NCBI GenBank assembly: GCA_035544435.1
Contig: DATKFB010000113.1
Coordinates: 1-30,148, forward strand
Direction of reading: 5' to 3'
Length of the DNA: 30,148 bases
DNA from: Polyangia bacterium
Lineage (GTDB): Bacteria > Myxococcota_A > Polyangia > Fen-1088
The notes beneath the pieces were generated by a model, which worked only from the letters and a program-made list of their open reading frames with translations, was not told the origin of the DNA and did not search any database. Both the position numbers and the translations under genes were made by a program. The stretch's first letter is position 1; every line of letters begins with the position of its first letter. This document shows, one piece after another, positions 1-8,838 of the stretch.

Positions 1-1575
1 CACGTGCATCCCATGCTCGATCCGACGTTCAACCCCGGGTTCAACGTCGCCGTCACCAACGTCCACGAGGCCGGCGCGTCGAACGGCAACGGCAAGCTCG
101 ACGTCGGCGAGAAGCTCGCGCTCACGCTCAACCTCGCGGACGACAGCGGCGGCGCGATCCCGACGGCGAGCGTCCCGTCGCTCAGCGTCGTCGTCACGGG
201 GCCGACGACGAACCGCAACCTCCTCTTGAGCGCGACGATCCCGGCGGCCGTGCTCGCGGGCGCGCCGCCGTGGAACGTCGACGTGCCCGACGTCGTCAAC
301 CTCGAGCCGCTCGGCGCCTCGACGGCGACGACGGGCGATGTCTTCACGACGGCACGCACGCCCGTGTGGAACGTCACGGGCGCCGTCCCCACGGTCTTCG
401 TGCGCACTGCGACGGGCGTCGCGACGACGCTCCTCGCGGCGGCGCCCGCGCTGCAGAACTTCGTCGACGTCGCGTCGTCGACAGGGTTCCTGCGCAACGA
501 CTACATCGTCGTCGACGACGGTGTCGCGGGCGCCGCGGAGTACCTGCGCGTCCAGCTGGTCGAGGGCAACCGCCTGTGGTTCGCGGCCGCGGCTACGGCG
601 GGCTACCAGCCAGGCTTGCGCGTCGCGCACGCCGCCGCGGCGGCGGTCACGAAGGTGATCCTCGCGGCGAAGGTGCTCAACACGGACTACACGCTCGCGG
701 CGGCGACAGGCACGATCTCGGAGGTCACCGAGTTCGGCGCGGGCGCCGCCGTGCTCGCGACCTACACGACCGACTTCGTCGTGCCGGCCGTCTACGGTCC
801 GCCGCTCAACGACTCGCCCGATCTCGGCCAGGACGTCGGCAAGTGGAAGGGTCTGCCGCTCGTGCCCGGCACGTACACCGTCGGGGTCTGGGGCTCGCGC
901 ACGCTCAGCCTCGCGCTCAACGGCGAGATGAACAGCTACCGCGCGACGTCGCCGCCCGCGACGGTCGACTTCCTCGTGGGGACGGCCACGACGATCGCGC
1001 CCGCCGCGATCGTCTCCTCGGGCGCGACCTGCCAGTCGTGCCACGTCGACGTCTACGCACACGGCGGCAGCCGGCGCGGCCTCGAGACGTGCCTGCTCTG
1101 CCACGGCGGCGCGGGCATGGAGGACCGCCCGCGCTACGTTGCCGCGGCCGCGCCCGCGACGCCGCGCCTGTCGGCGGAGTTCCGCTCGATGCTGCACAAG
1201 ATCCACCGCGGCAGCGACCTGCCCGACGCGGCCACCTACGGCGTCGTCGGCTTCGGCGCTGGCGCGTATCCCAACAACTTCGGCGTCGTGTCGTTCTCCG
1301 ACGTCGAGTTCCCCGCGATGCCCGCGGGCGTCAAGAGCTGCCGCGCCTGCCACGGCGCGAGCGACGCCTGGCAGTCGCCCGCGGATCGGAGCCACCCGAC
1401 GGCGGCCACGGTCCCTGCGCGCTCCTGGACGATGGCCTGCGGCAGCTGTCACGACTCGGTCGCCGAGAGCGCGCACATCGACATCATGACGAGCAGCGCC
1501 GGCGAGGAGTCGTGCGCCGTGTGTCACGGCCCGGGTACCGATCTTTCGACCGAGCTCGCGCACCGGGTCAGGTGA
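1..1575 (+). CDS. OmcA/MtrC-family multiheme c-type cytochrome, C-terminal part (5' end outside window)
   Basis: Frame is open from base 1. Five CxxCH motifs: CQSCH 1030, CLLCH 1090, CRACH 1339, CGSCH 1438, CAVCH 1513. Family-typical spacing and motifs HGGSRR..CLLCH and MLHKIHRG. Stop TGA 1573-1575. Confidence 0.88.
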   Translation, partial: HVHPMLDPTFNPGFNVAVTNVHEAGASNGNGKLDVGEKLALTLNLADDSGGAIPTASVPSLSVVVTGPTTNRNLLLSATIPAAVLAGAPPWNVDVPDVVNLEPLGASTATTGDVFTTARTPVWNVTGAVPTVFVRTATGVATTLLAAAPALQNFVDVASSTGFLRNDYIVVDDGVAGAAEYLRVQLVEGNRLWFAAAATAGYQPGLRVAHAAAAAVTKVILAAKVLNTDYTLAAATGTISEVTEFGAGAAVLATYTTDFVVPAVYGPPLNDSPDLGQDVGKWKGLPLVPGTYTVGVWGSRTLSLALNGEMNSYRATSPPATVDFLVGTATTIAPAAIVSSGATCQSCHVDVYAHGGSRRGLETCLLCHGGAGMEDRPRYVAAAAPATPRLSAEFRSMLHKIHRGSDLPDAATYGVVGFGAGAYPNNFGVVSFSDVEFPAMPAGVKSCRACHGASDAWQSPADRSHPTAATVPARSWTMACGSCHDSVAESAHIDIMTSSAGEESCAVCHGPGTDLSTELAHRVR

Positions 1576-1592
1576 GGAGGCCAGAGACTTCC

Positions 1593-4334
1593 ATGGCCGT
1601 CGACGGGCGCCCGGACTCCTCGCACGATCTGCTGCGCCAAGAGCGACAGCCGCTCGACGTCTTCTTCTCGCCCCAGATCGTGGCCGTCGTGGGCGCCACC
1701 GAGGTGGCAGGCAGCGTCGGGAGGACGATCCTCTGGAACCTCATCGGCAGCCCCTTCGGTGGCACGGTGTTCCCCGTCAATCCCAAGCGCGCCAGCGTCC
1801 TCGGCATCAAGGCCTACCCGACGCTGGCCGACGTCCCGGCCAAGATCGACCTCGCGGTGATCGTCACGCCCGCGACGGCGGTGCCCGGGATCGTCGGTCA
1901 GTGCGCCGATCTGGGCATCCCGGCCGCCGTCATCATATCGGCGGGCTTCCGCGAGGTCGGCGCCGCGGGGGCCGACCTCGAGCGGCGCGCGCTCGCCGAG
2001 GCGCGCCGGGGGCACATGAGGCTCATCGGCCCCAACTGCCTCGGCGTCATGAGCCCGACGAGCGGCCTCAACGCCACCTTCGCGGCCGGCATGGCCCGTC
2101 CCGGCGACGTGGCCTTCCTGAGCCAGAGCGGCGCGCTGCTCACGGCGATCCTCGACTGGAGCCTGAAGGTGCAGCTCGGCTTCTCGGCGTTCGTGTCGCT
2201 GGGGACGATGCTCGACGTAAGCTGGGGCGATCTCATCGATCACTTCGGCAACGATCCGCGCACGCGCTCGATCGTTCTTTACATGGAGTCGATCGGCGAC
2301 GACGCGCGCGGGTTCCTCTCGGCGGCGCGCGAGGTCGCGCTCTCGAAGCCGATCATCGTCATCAAGGCGGGACGGACGGCGGCCGCGGCGCGCGCGGCGG
2401 CCTCGCACACGGGCGCGCTCACGGGCTCCGACGAGGTCCTCGACGCCGCCTTCCGCCGCGTGGGCATCCTGCGCGTGACCCAGATCGGCGACGTCTTCGA
2501 CATGGCCGAGGTGCTCGGCAAGCAGCCACGGCCGCGCGGCCCGCGCCTGTGCGTCGTCACGAACGCGGGCGGTCCCGGCGTCCTCGCGACGGACGCGCTT
2601 ATCACCCACGGCGGCGAGCTCGCGCCGCTGTCGGAGGCGACGCGCGCCAAGCTCGACGCGCTCCTGCCCGCGGCCTGGAGCCACGGCAACCCCATCGACG
2701 TGCTCGGGGACGCCGATCCGGCGCGCTACGCGGGCGCGCTCGAGATCGCGGCCGGCGACCCCGACAACGACGGCCTGCTCGTCGTGCTGACGCCGCAGGA
2801 CATGACCGATCCGACGCTGACCGCGCAGGCGCTCACGCGCTACGCGAAGATCGAAGGCAAGCCGGTGCTCGCGAGCTGGATGGGCGGCGCGCAGGTCGCG
2901 GCGGGCGTCGACGTGCTCAACCGCGCCAACATCCCGACGTTCGAGTTCCCCGACTCGGCGGCGCGCGCGTTCTGCGACATGTGGCGCTCCTCGTACGCGC
3001 TGCGGGCGCTCTACGAGACGCCCACGGCCGGCCAGGAAGGGAAGACGGACGTCACGGTTGCCTCCGCCGTCATCGAGGAGGCGCGCGCCGCCGGCCGCAC
3101 GCTCCTCGACGAGGTCGAGTCGAAGCGCCTCCTCGCGGCGTACGGCATCCCGACGACCGACACGCGCGCCGCGGCGACGGCCGCCGAGGCGCGCGCCGCC
3201 GCCACAGCCATCGGCTTCCCGGTGGCCGTCAAGCTGTACTCGCGGACGCTCACGCACAAGACCGACGTCGGCGGCGTCAAGCTGGGCGTCGCGGACGAAG
3301 GCGCCGTCGAGCGCGCCTTCGACGCCATCCGCGCCGCCGTGACCGAGCGCGCCGGCGCACAGCACTTCCTCGGCGTCACCGTGCAGCCGATGGCGCGCGG
3401 AGGCGCGGGCGCCTTCGAATTGATCCTGGGCGCCTCGCTCGACGCGCAGTTCGGGCCCGTGCTGCTCTTCGGCGCGGGCGGTCAGCTCGTCGAGATCTTC
3501 CGCGATCGCGCCCTCGCGCTGCCGCCGCTCAACCGGACGCTCGCGCGCCGCTTGATGGAGCAGACGAAGATCCACCGCGCGCTCGCGGGCGTGCGCGGTC
3601 AGAAGCCCGTCCCGCTCGGCGCGCTCGAGGAGCTGCTCGTCCGCTTCTCCGATCTCGTCGTCGAGCAGCCGTGGATCAAGGAGCTCGACATCAACCCGCT
3701 GCTCGCCTCGCCCGACGGCCTGCTCGCCCTCGACGCGCGCGTCGTCCTGCACGACGCCTCGATGCGCCGCGAGGACCTGCCCCGCGCCGCCATTCGCCCC
3801 TACCCCACCCAGTACGTCGGCGCCCACCTCCTCGCCGACGGCACGAGCCTCGTCGTGCGCCCGATTCGTCCCGAGGACGAGGGCCTGCTCGTGGCCTTCC
3901 ATCGCTCCCTCGGGGAGAGCAGCGTGCGCCAGCGCTACCTCGCGCCCCTGCGCCTCGACCATCGCACGACGCACGAGCGCCTCATTCGCGTGTGCTTCTC
4001 CGACTACGACCGCGACATCGCGCTCGTCGTCGAGCACCGGCCGGCAGGCGGGACGGCGGAGATCGTGGCCGTCGGGCGTCTCGGCCGCCGCGCGCGGCAC
4101 GACGACGCCGAGTTCGCGCTCCTCGTGCGGGACGACTGGCAAGGCCGCGGCCTCGGTACCGAGGTCCTGCGACGCATCGTCGACGTCGCACGCCGCGAGG
4201 GGATGCGCCGCGTGATCGCCACGATGCTTCCCGACAACGGCGCCATGATCCACGTCGCCACCAAGCTGGGCTTCACCGTCCGCTGCGAGCCGGGCGCCGC
4301 GGAGGCCGCCGCAGAGATCGACCTCGGCGGCTGA
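1593..4334 (+). CDS. Bifunctional acetate--CoA ligase (ADP-forming) family / GNAT acetyltransferase (Pat/PatZ-type protein lysine acetyltransferase)
   Basis: ATG 1593 after GAGGAGG. CoA-binding domain ([25 protein letters not shown]), SHTG, ATP-grasp ([19 protein letters not shown]) and C-terminal GNAT motif A (WQGRGLG). The track start at 270 is a spurious extension. Confidence 0.93.
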   Translation: MAVDGRPDSSHDLLRQERQPLDVFFSPQIVAVVGATEVAGSVGRTILWNLIGSPFGGTVFPVNPKRASVLGIKAYPTLADVPAKIDLAVIVTPATAVPGIVGQCADLGIPAAVIISAGFREVGAAGADLERRALAEARRGHMRLIGPNCLGVMSPTSGLNATFAAGMARPGDVAFLSQSGALLTAILDWSLKVQLGFSAFVSLGTMLDVSWGDLIDHFGNDPRTRSIVLYMESIGDDARGFLSAAREVALSKPIIVIKAGRTAAAARAAASHTGALTGSDEVLDAAFRRVGILRVTQIGDVFDMAEVLGKQPRPRGPRLCVVTNAGGPGVLATDALITHGGELAPLSEATRAKLDALLPAAWSHGNPIDVLGDADPARYAGALEIAAGDPDNDGLLVVLTPQDMTDPTLTAQALTRYAKIEGKPVLASWMGGAQVAAGVDVLNRANIPTFEFPDSAARAFCDMWRSSYALRALYETPTAGQEGKTDVTVASAVIEEARAAGRTLLDEVESKRLLAAYGIPTTDTRAAATAAEARAAATAIGFPVAVKLYSRTLTHKTDVGGVKLGVADEGAVERAFDAIRAAVTERAGAQHFLGVTVQPMARGGAGAFELILGASLDAQFGPVLLFGAGGQLVEIFRDRALALPPLNRTLARRLMEQTKIHRALAGVRGQKPVPLGALEELLVRFSDLVVEQPWIKELDINPLLASPDGLLALDARVVLHDASMRREDLPRAAIRPYPTQYVGAHLLADGTSLVVRPIRPEDEGLLVAFHRSLGESSVRQRYLAPLRLDHRTTHERLIRVCFSDYDRDIALVVEHRPAGGTAEIVAVGRLGRRARHDDAEFALLVRDDWQGRGLGTEVLRRIVDVARREGMRRVIATMLPDNGAMIHVATKLGFTVRCEPGAAEAAAEIDLGG

Positions 4335-4398
4335 TGGAGCGCCTCACCCTCCAAGTACACGCACCAGAGACCGTGGGCACCGCCGCTGCCCCGGGCCC

Positions 4399-4796
4399 CT
4401 ACGCCGCTGCCTTGCGCTTGCGAGCTGCCTTCGGTGCTGGCTCGACTGCCGCCGGCGCCTGCCTCCCGCACCCTTCCGCGATCAGGGAGAGCAACAGCGT
4501 ATTGAGCGAAACACCCTCAGCGGTCGCGAGCTGCGACACGCACTCGTGCAGCGACTTGGGCAGGCGCAAACGGAGCTGCCCGGAGTAATCCGCCGAGGCG
4601 TCTTCGGGCGGAAGGGACCGCCCGTCCTCGAGCATCACCTCCAGCATGAGCGCCGCAGCCGTTCGGCCTCGTGCGTGGCCTTCTCCGCCGTCGCGCCGTG
4701 CGCGGCACACCCAGGCAGCACGGGACCCCGGGCGACGAATGCCTGATCCTCCTCGCTCCACTCCACCACGATCCGATACCGAAATGGTTCCTTCAT
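4399..4796 (-). pseudogene. hicB: HicB-family antitoxin, frameshifted
   Basis: ATG 4796 gives MKEPFRYRIVVEWSEEDQAFVARGPVLPGCAAHGATAEKATHEA, which stops early. The rest (RTAAALMLEVM...SGQLRLRLPKSLHE...EGVSLN, RHH-type) is in another frame. Adding one base at about 4665 (GG to GGG on +) restores it. Confidence 0.82.
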
Positions 4797-5055
4797 GACT
4801 TCACCTCAAGGTTGTTCTCTTCGATGAGCCGCAACACCTGTCGAACTTGGTAGGGCTTGGCGGTCGCCCCGTCGCTCTGCAAGTTGATCATTTGCAGTGC
4901 GGGCCAAGCCGCGTGTGTGAACACGTGGTGCGATCCCTTCTGCCGTCTCTGCACGTACCCGACTGCTTCGAACAACCTGAGGTCGCAAACCGGACGTTCG
5001 CCGGACTTCGCCGCGCCTGCTCCAGGATCTCGGCTGCGGTACGTCCCATCGGCAT
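4793..5055 (-). pseudogene. hicA: HicA-family toxin, frameshifted
   Basis: ATG 5055/5049 gives M(PM)GRTAAEILEQARRSPANVRF. The C-terminal part DLRLFEAVGYVQRRQKGSHHVFTH...AKPYQVRQVL (GSH motif) is in a different frame, with the shift near 4985. The stop overlaps the hicB start (ATGA-type overlap). Confidence 0.82.
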
Positions 5056-5056
5056 G

Positions 5057-5086
5057 ACGGTACCGTATACGGCACCTTACGTAAGG
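5057..5086. promoter_or_regulatory. Palindrome cluster at the hicA start; candidate HicB operator and -10 element
   Basis: ACGGTACCGT 5057-5066 (perfect), GGTACCGTATACGGCACC 5059-5076 (one mismatched pair), CCTTACGTAAGG 5075-5086 (perfect). Minus-strand TACGGT lies 6 nt before ATG 5055. Confidence 0.55.
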
Positions 5087-5306
5087 GGGTGTTCGGAGCC
5101 AAAGGCCGATTGTGGCCCGAAGTACTCGTCGACCAACTGGACGACGAGCGATACACGCGCTCGCGTTTCATCGACGGCGTCGAGGCGGCGTCACGTGTCA
5201 GTGACGCTCGTGGCGCCGCGGGCGCGCTCTCGATTGGTACGGAGTTTGAACCCCTTCGCAGTGGCGCGATCGCGCAATGGCGCGACGCCGGACGGGAGCT
5301 GAAACG

Positions 5307-5645
5307 ATGAGAACCTTCGTAACAGCCGCGATCGTCACGCTTCTGGCGACTGGGAGTGCTTCTGCGCAATTCCGGGGGCCGGGCACGCCGCCCATTCCCT
5401 CGTCATCGAGCGCGCCGTCGAACGCGACGGGCAACCCAGCAGGTGGCAGCCCTGAAACCCCGCCGAGCCCTCCGGGCGCGCCTGGGTCGAGCAATCCGGC
5501 TGCGCGCGAGCGGATAGCCCAGACGGCGGCCGCCGGTCGGGCAGCGGACCGGGCCTCCGTCGGATCCCACGCGAATGATCATCTCGGCGGCCCTGCACCC
5601 CGCGCGGCCACGAAACGCGATCCAACCCGCGCGGAAGCATCCTGA
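5307..5645 (+). CDS. Small secreted Pro/Ser/Gly-rich hypothetical protein
   Basis: ATG 5307 after GGGAG. Signal peptide MRTFVTAAIVTLLATGSASA with an AxA site, then low-complexity sequence. Confidence 0.6.
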   Translation: MRTFVTAAIVTLLATGSASAQFRGPGTPPIPSSSSAPSNATGNPAGGSPETPPSPPGAPGSSNPAARERIAQTAAAGRAADRASVGSHANDHLGGPAPRAATKRDPTRAEAS

Positions 5646-5804
5646 GGCGAGTTGCCGGCGGGGGCGAGCCGCTCGCGCGGGTGCGGGAGCGGCTCCCATC
5701 GGTGACGCGCGCTGTTTCCGCCGCAGTTCCCGAAGCGTTAAGACCGACCGATCCGCCCCGCCGCAGGCAGACACGGATCCTGGCGGCCGTGGCCACTAAA
5801 GCCC

Positions 5805-6671
5805 ATGGCAATAGCGCGAATGCGGTTGGCCCCAGCCTTTATCCTCGCGAGCGCCTTGGCCTCGTGTGGCGGTCCGAATGCGAATCCCGCGACCGGTGAC
5901 GCCGGCACGAACCCACAGACCGGCAATGGCGGCACCGGGGGCAGCGCGACGACCGGCGCGGCGGGTTCGTCGATGACCGGCACCGCCGGGGCCTTCGGCG
6001 GCACGGGGACGGGCGGCACGACGGGCGCCGCCGGTACCGGCGCGGCGGGCACGGGCGCCGCCGGCACGGGCGCGGCAGGCATGGGCGCCGCCGGCGCCGC
6101 CGCCGGGAGCACCGGCCAGGCCGGCACGACGGGCGCCGCGGGCAGCGCCGGCGTGGGTGGTGATCCCACGACCTGCGCGGGCTGTCAGATCAGCATTCTC
6201 TACACGTGCCAAGACCCGAACACGGACCAGGCCACCTTCATCGTGGAAATCAAGAACGTCGGCCCGACGATCCTGCTCCTCAAGCCGTTCGTCCTTCGCT
6301 ACTGGTACACCATCGATCCCACCAAGGAGCAGGAGCTCGACTGCGACACGGCTCAGAAGTTCACGTGCGATTACATCGTCGCGAACAACAACCAGGTGAT
6401 GGGGCACCCGAACCCGACCTTCGTGCCCGTCGTGCCGCCGCGTGCGATGGCGAACGAGTACGTCGAGATCAAGATCATCCAGGGCGCGATCGACGTGGGC
6501 CGTTCGAGCGGGCCCATCCAGCTCCGGCTGCACAACAAGGACTTTACGCCCAGGCCGCAAACGAACGATTACTCGGCCGACTGCGCCCAGCCCGGGCAAC
6601 AGCACGTCGACTCGGGCAAGATCACTGCCTACTTCAACGGCAAGCTGATCGCCGGAACCGAGCCGCAGTAG
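5805..6671 (+). CDS. Lipoprotein with Gly/Thr/Ala linker and C-terminal cellulose-binding (CBM3-like) domain
   Basis: Lipobox ALASC. CBM3-like motifs IKNVG..LRYWYT..QELDCD and YVEI..IQLRLH..NDYS..ITAYFNGKLIAGTEP. Alternative start ATG 5820. Confidence 0.8.
   Translation: MAIARMRLAPAFILASALASCGGPNANPATGDAGTNPQTGNGGTGGSATTGAAGSSMTGTAGAFGGTGTGGTTGAAGTGAAGTGAAGTGAAGMGAAGAAAGSTGQAGTTGAAGSAGVGGDPTTCAGCQISILYTCQDPNTDQATFIVEIKNVGPTILLLKPFVLRYWYTIDPTKEQELDCDTAQKFTCDYIVANNNQVMGHPNPTFVPVVPPRAMANEYVEIKIIQGAIDVGRSSGPIQLRLHNKDFTPRPQTNDYSADCAQPGQQHVDSGKITAYFNGKLIAGTEPQ
6018..6092 (+). repeat. In-frame 15-nt tandem repeat, 5 imperfect units encoding (G/T)TGAA
   Basis: acgacgggcgccgcc / ggtaccggcgcggcg / ggcacgggcgccgcc / ggcacgggcgcggca / ggcatgggcgccgcc. 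Confidence 0.85.
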
Positions 6672-6753
6672 CCCGCGGCGGTCGGTGCTCCGCTCGACGC
6701 AGCGGAGCTCGAGGCCGACGCGATCGCGACACGGCTGTCCGACCCAGTCGCCC

Positions 6754-7456
6754 GAGCAGCGCGGCGGCAACTTCTACTTCGCCGAGAAGCCCGCGGCGGT
6801 GCGGGAGGTGTTCACGCAGGAGCTGGCGTTGTTCGTCGCGCCCATCGCCTACGACCTCAAGCTGACGTTCGACGAGCGTGCCCGCCTACTCCGTGAAGAA
6901 CGTCTACGGCACCAATCTGTGGAAGGCGACCGCGACGGGCGGCGCCGTGAGCATCCCGAGCGTATTCCTGGTGTCGCGCACGAGCTCGATGCCGGACACG
7001 ACGGGGGGGCGGCGGGGCGGCGGCTCCGCCAACATGGCCGAGCTCGGCCCAGACGCGACGCAGATCCCCGCCGCGGGGAGGTGCGACGTCGCGCGTCTGC
7101 ACCTCGAGTACCGCCTGCCGGGCTCGACGACGATTGAGACGCAGGACGCGACGATCTCGTACGACGTGGCGAACGTCGGCCTCGTGACGACGGGCGACGA
7201 CGCCGCCGCCTACTACTCGAGCCACGACGTCGAGAAGAACACGATCATCCTCGGTCTCTACGTCGCGCTGCGCGACGCGACGCCGCTCGCGCAGACCAAC
7301 CCCGCCGGCGCGCTCGCGGCGCTCGCCGCCTTCCAGCCGAAGTTCAAGGCCCGCATCGCGGGGTGGGCCGATGCGGACCTGATCGACGACGTCGCGATCG
7401 TTCAGCAGGACGTCGACGTCCTTCACGCGCACGCCCCCAACGCCATGGCGCCGTAG
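6754..7456 (+). pseudogene. 5'-truncated, frameshifted remnant resembling the C-terminal half of a myxobacterial vWA-domain protein
   Basis: GGNFYFAEKPAAVREVFTQELALFVAPIAYDLKLTF (frame of 6685) continues as PAYSVKNVYG...SRTS..GGRRGGGS in the frame of 6878. No convincing start and no vWA MIDAS region upstream. Confidence 0.6.
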
Positions 7457-7537
7457 CAGACGCGGTGCGCCCGCCACGGAGGGCCGCGCGGAGGGCTCGA
7501 TGGCGCGCGGCGCCGGAACGCGTCGACCCCTCCTTGA

Positions 7538-7567
7538 TTGACAGCCATGCGAAGGGCGACCTAGCGT
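7538..7567 (+). promoter_or_regulatory. Sigma70-like promoter, probably leaderless
   Basis: TTGACA 7538-7543, 18-nt spacer, TAGCGT 7562-7567, ATG 7 nt later with no Shine-Dalgarno. Confidence 0.55.
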
Positions 7568-7574
7568 CGTTGCG

Positions 7575-8789
7575 ATGGCCCCCAGCCCGAGCTTTCTGTC
7601 GTACCTATTCGGTGTCGTGATCGTGGGTGCCGGTTGTTCGACCGCTGCCTCTCGCCCGCCGGTGAATCCAATGGACGGCGCCGTGGATCCCGTCGGCGGC
7701 GCGGGGACGAGCGGAGCAGGTACCGCGGGCGGCGCGGTGACGGGGGGAGCCACGGGCACCGGCGGCGCCGGCACCGCCGGCGGCGGCAGCGGGGGCAGCG
7801 CGACGCCCGGGCCAGATGCTGCGGCCGAAATGTCCGGCAAGGATGCCGCGGCCGGCGAGGCCGGGAACGACGGCCCTGCGCCCCCTGCCCCGTTGGGACC
7901 GGCGGGCGGGGCGTGCCCGGGCGGGCCGTACGGCAATCCGCTGCCGGCGAATTTGAACGCGACGCTCGTCAAGAGCTTTCCGGGCGAGCTCGAAGGCCCG
8001 GCGTGGGTCGCCGCGCAGAAGGCGCTCTACTTCGCGCAGTCGGGCGGCGGCTCGAACAACGGTCTCATCAACAAGTACACGCCGGCCGATGGCAAGTTCA
8101 CCGTGTTCGCGAGCAACGTCGGCGTGGCCGGCCTGGCCGTCGATCCGGATGGAATGCTCGTGGCGGCGTCCTACGATTCCCGGTCCCTGACTCGGTTCGA
8201 TCCCGCGACCGGTAAGCGGACCGACGTTGCCGGCGGCTCGCGATACAACGGCCAGCCTTTCGACGAGGTGAACGACGTCGTCGTGCGCGCCGACGGCAAC
8301 ATGTACTTCTCCGACCCGAACTACGCGACGCCGCCTGGCACTCAGCCCCAGGCGTTCTATCGTTTGTCGCCGCCCCCCGAATCGAAGGTGTCGCTGGTGT
8401 TCATGGCAAAGAACGCCAACGGCATCGCCCTGTCGCCCGACGGGGCCTGGCTGTTCGTGGCCACCACCGACAACGGCGGGACGCCACTGCGGCGCATCCC
8501 GGTCGCCGCCGATGGCAGCGTGAGCGGGCAGGGAACCACCTGGAAAGAAGCCTCGAGCGACGGAATGGGCGTCGACTGCGCCGGCAACCTGTACCTCAGC
8601 GTCGCCACCGCCACGAACGTCATCGAAGTGATCTCCTCCTCGGACCAACCGCTGGGAAACATCGTGGGTCTGGGCGGCGGCTACGTCACCAACAGCGCGT
8701 TCGGCGACGACGATCGAAAGACGCTCTACATCACCACCAGCGAGGGGCTGTACAAGATTCAGATGAACGTCCCCGGATTCCCGAACTGA
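7575..8789 (+). CDS. Lipoprotein, SMP-30/gluconolactonase/LRE family beta-propeller
   Basis: Lipobox VGAGC, Gly-rich linker, then EGPAW, VNDVVVRADGNMYFSDP, NGIALSPDG, DGMGVDCAGNLY. Confidence 0.9.
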   Translation: MAPSPSFLSYLFGVVIVGAGCSTAASRPPVNPMDGAVDPVGGAGTSGAGTAGGAVTGGATGTGGAGTAGGGSGGSATPGPDAAAEMSGKDAAAGEAGNDGPAPPAPLGPAGGACPGGPYGNPLPANLNATLVKSFPGELEGPAWVAAQKALYFAQSGGGSNNGLINKYTPADGKFTVFASNVGVAGLAVDPDGMLVAASYDSRSLTRFDPATGKRTDVAGGSRYNGQPFDEVNDVVVRADGNMYFSDPNYATPPGTQPQAFYRLSPPPESKVSLVFMAKNANGIALSPDGAWLFVATTDNGGTPLRRIPVAADGSVSGQGTTWKEASSDGMGVDCAGNLYLSVATATNVIEVISSSDQPLGNIVGLGGGYVTNSAFGDDDRKTLYITTSEGLYKIQMNVPGFPN

Positions 8790-8838
8790 TTGACCGTTCA
8801 GGGAAGACCATTGGAGGCGTGCACGACGTGTAGACTAG

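Noticed and set aside
270-1592. N-terminal 440 aa of the 1354-aa track ORF
   Set aside because: Off-frame shadow of the cytochrome gene, Arg-rich nonsense. The real start is ATG 1593 with a strong RBS.
1524-4588. Long alternative-frame and antisense ORFs (1524-4253 -, 1901-4588 +) and similar ones elsewhere (12488-13996, 21397-22992, 21855-23663, 24105-25736, 28245-29369)
   Set aside because: Expected in high-GC DNA where stops are rare. They overlap well-supported genes and show no family motifs.
5236-5262. Minus-strand GGGGTTCAAACTCC resembling a tRNA T-loop
   Set aside because: T-stem does not pair properly, and no acceptor, D or anticodon arm could be built. Not a tRNA or evident att site.
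6018-6150. Tandem repeats as a possible CRISPR array
   Set aside because: In-frame 15-nt coding repeats with no unique spacers and no cas genes.
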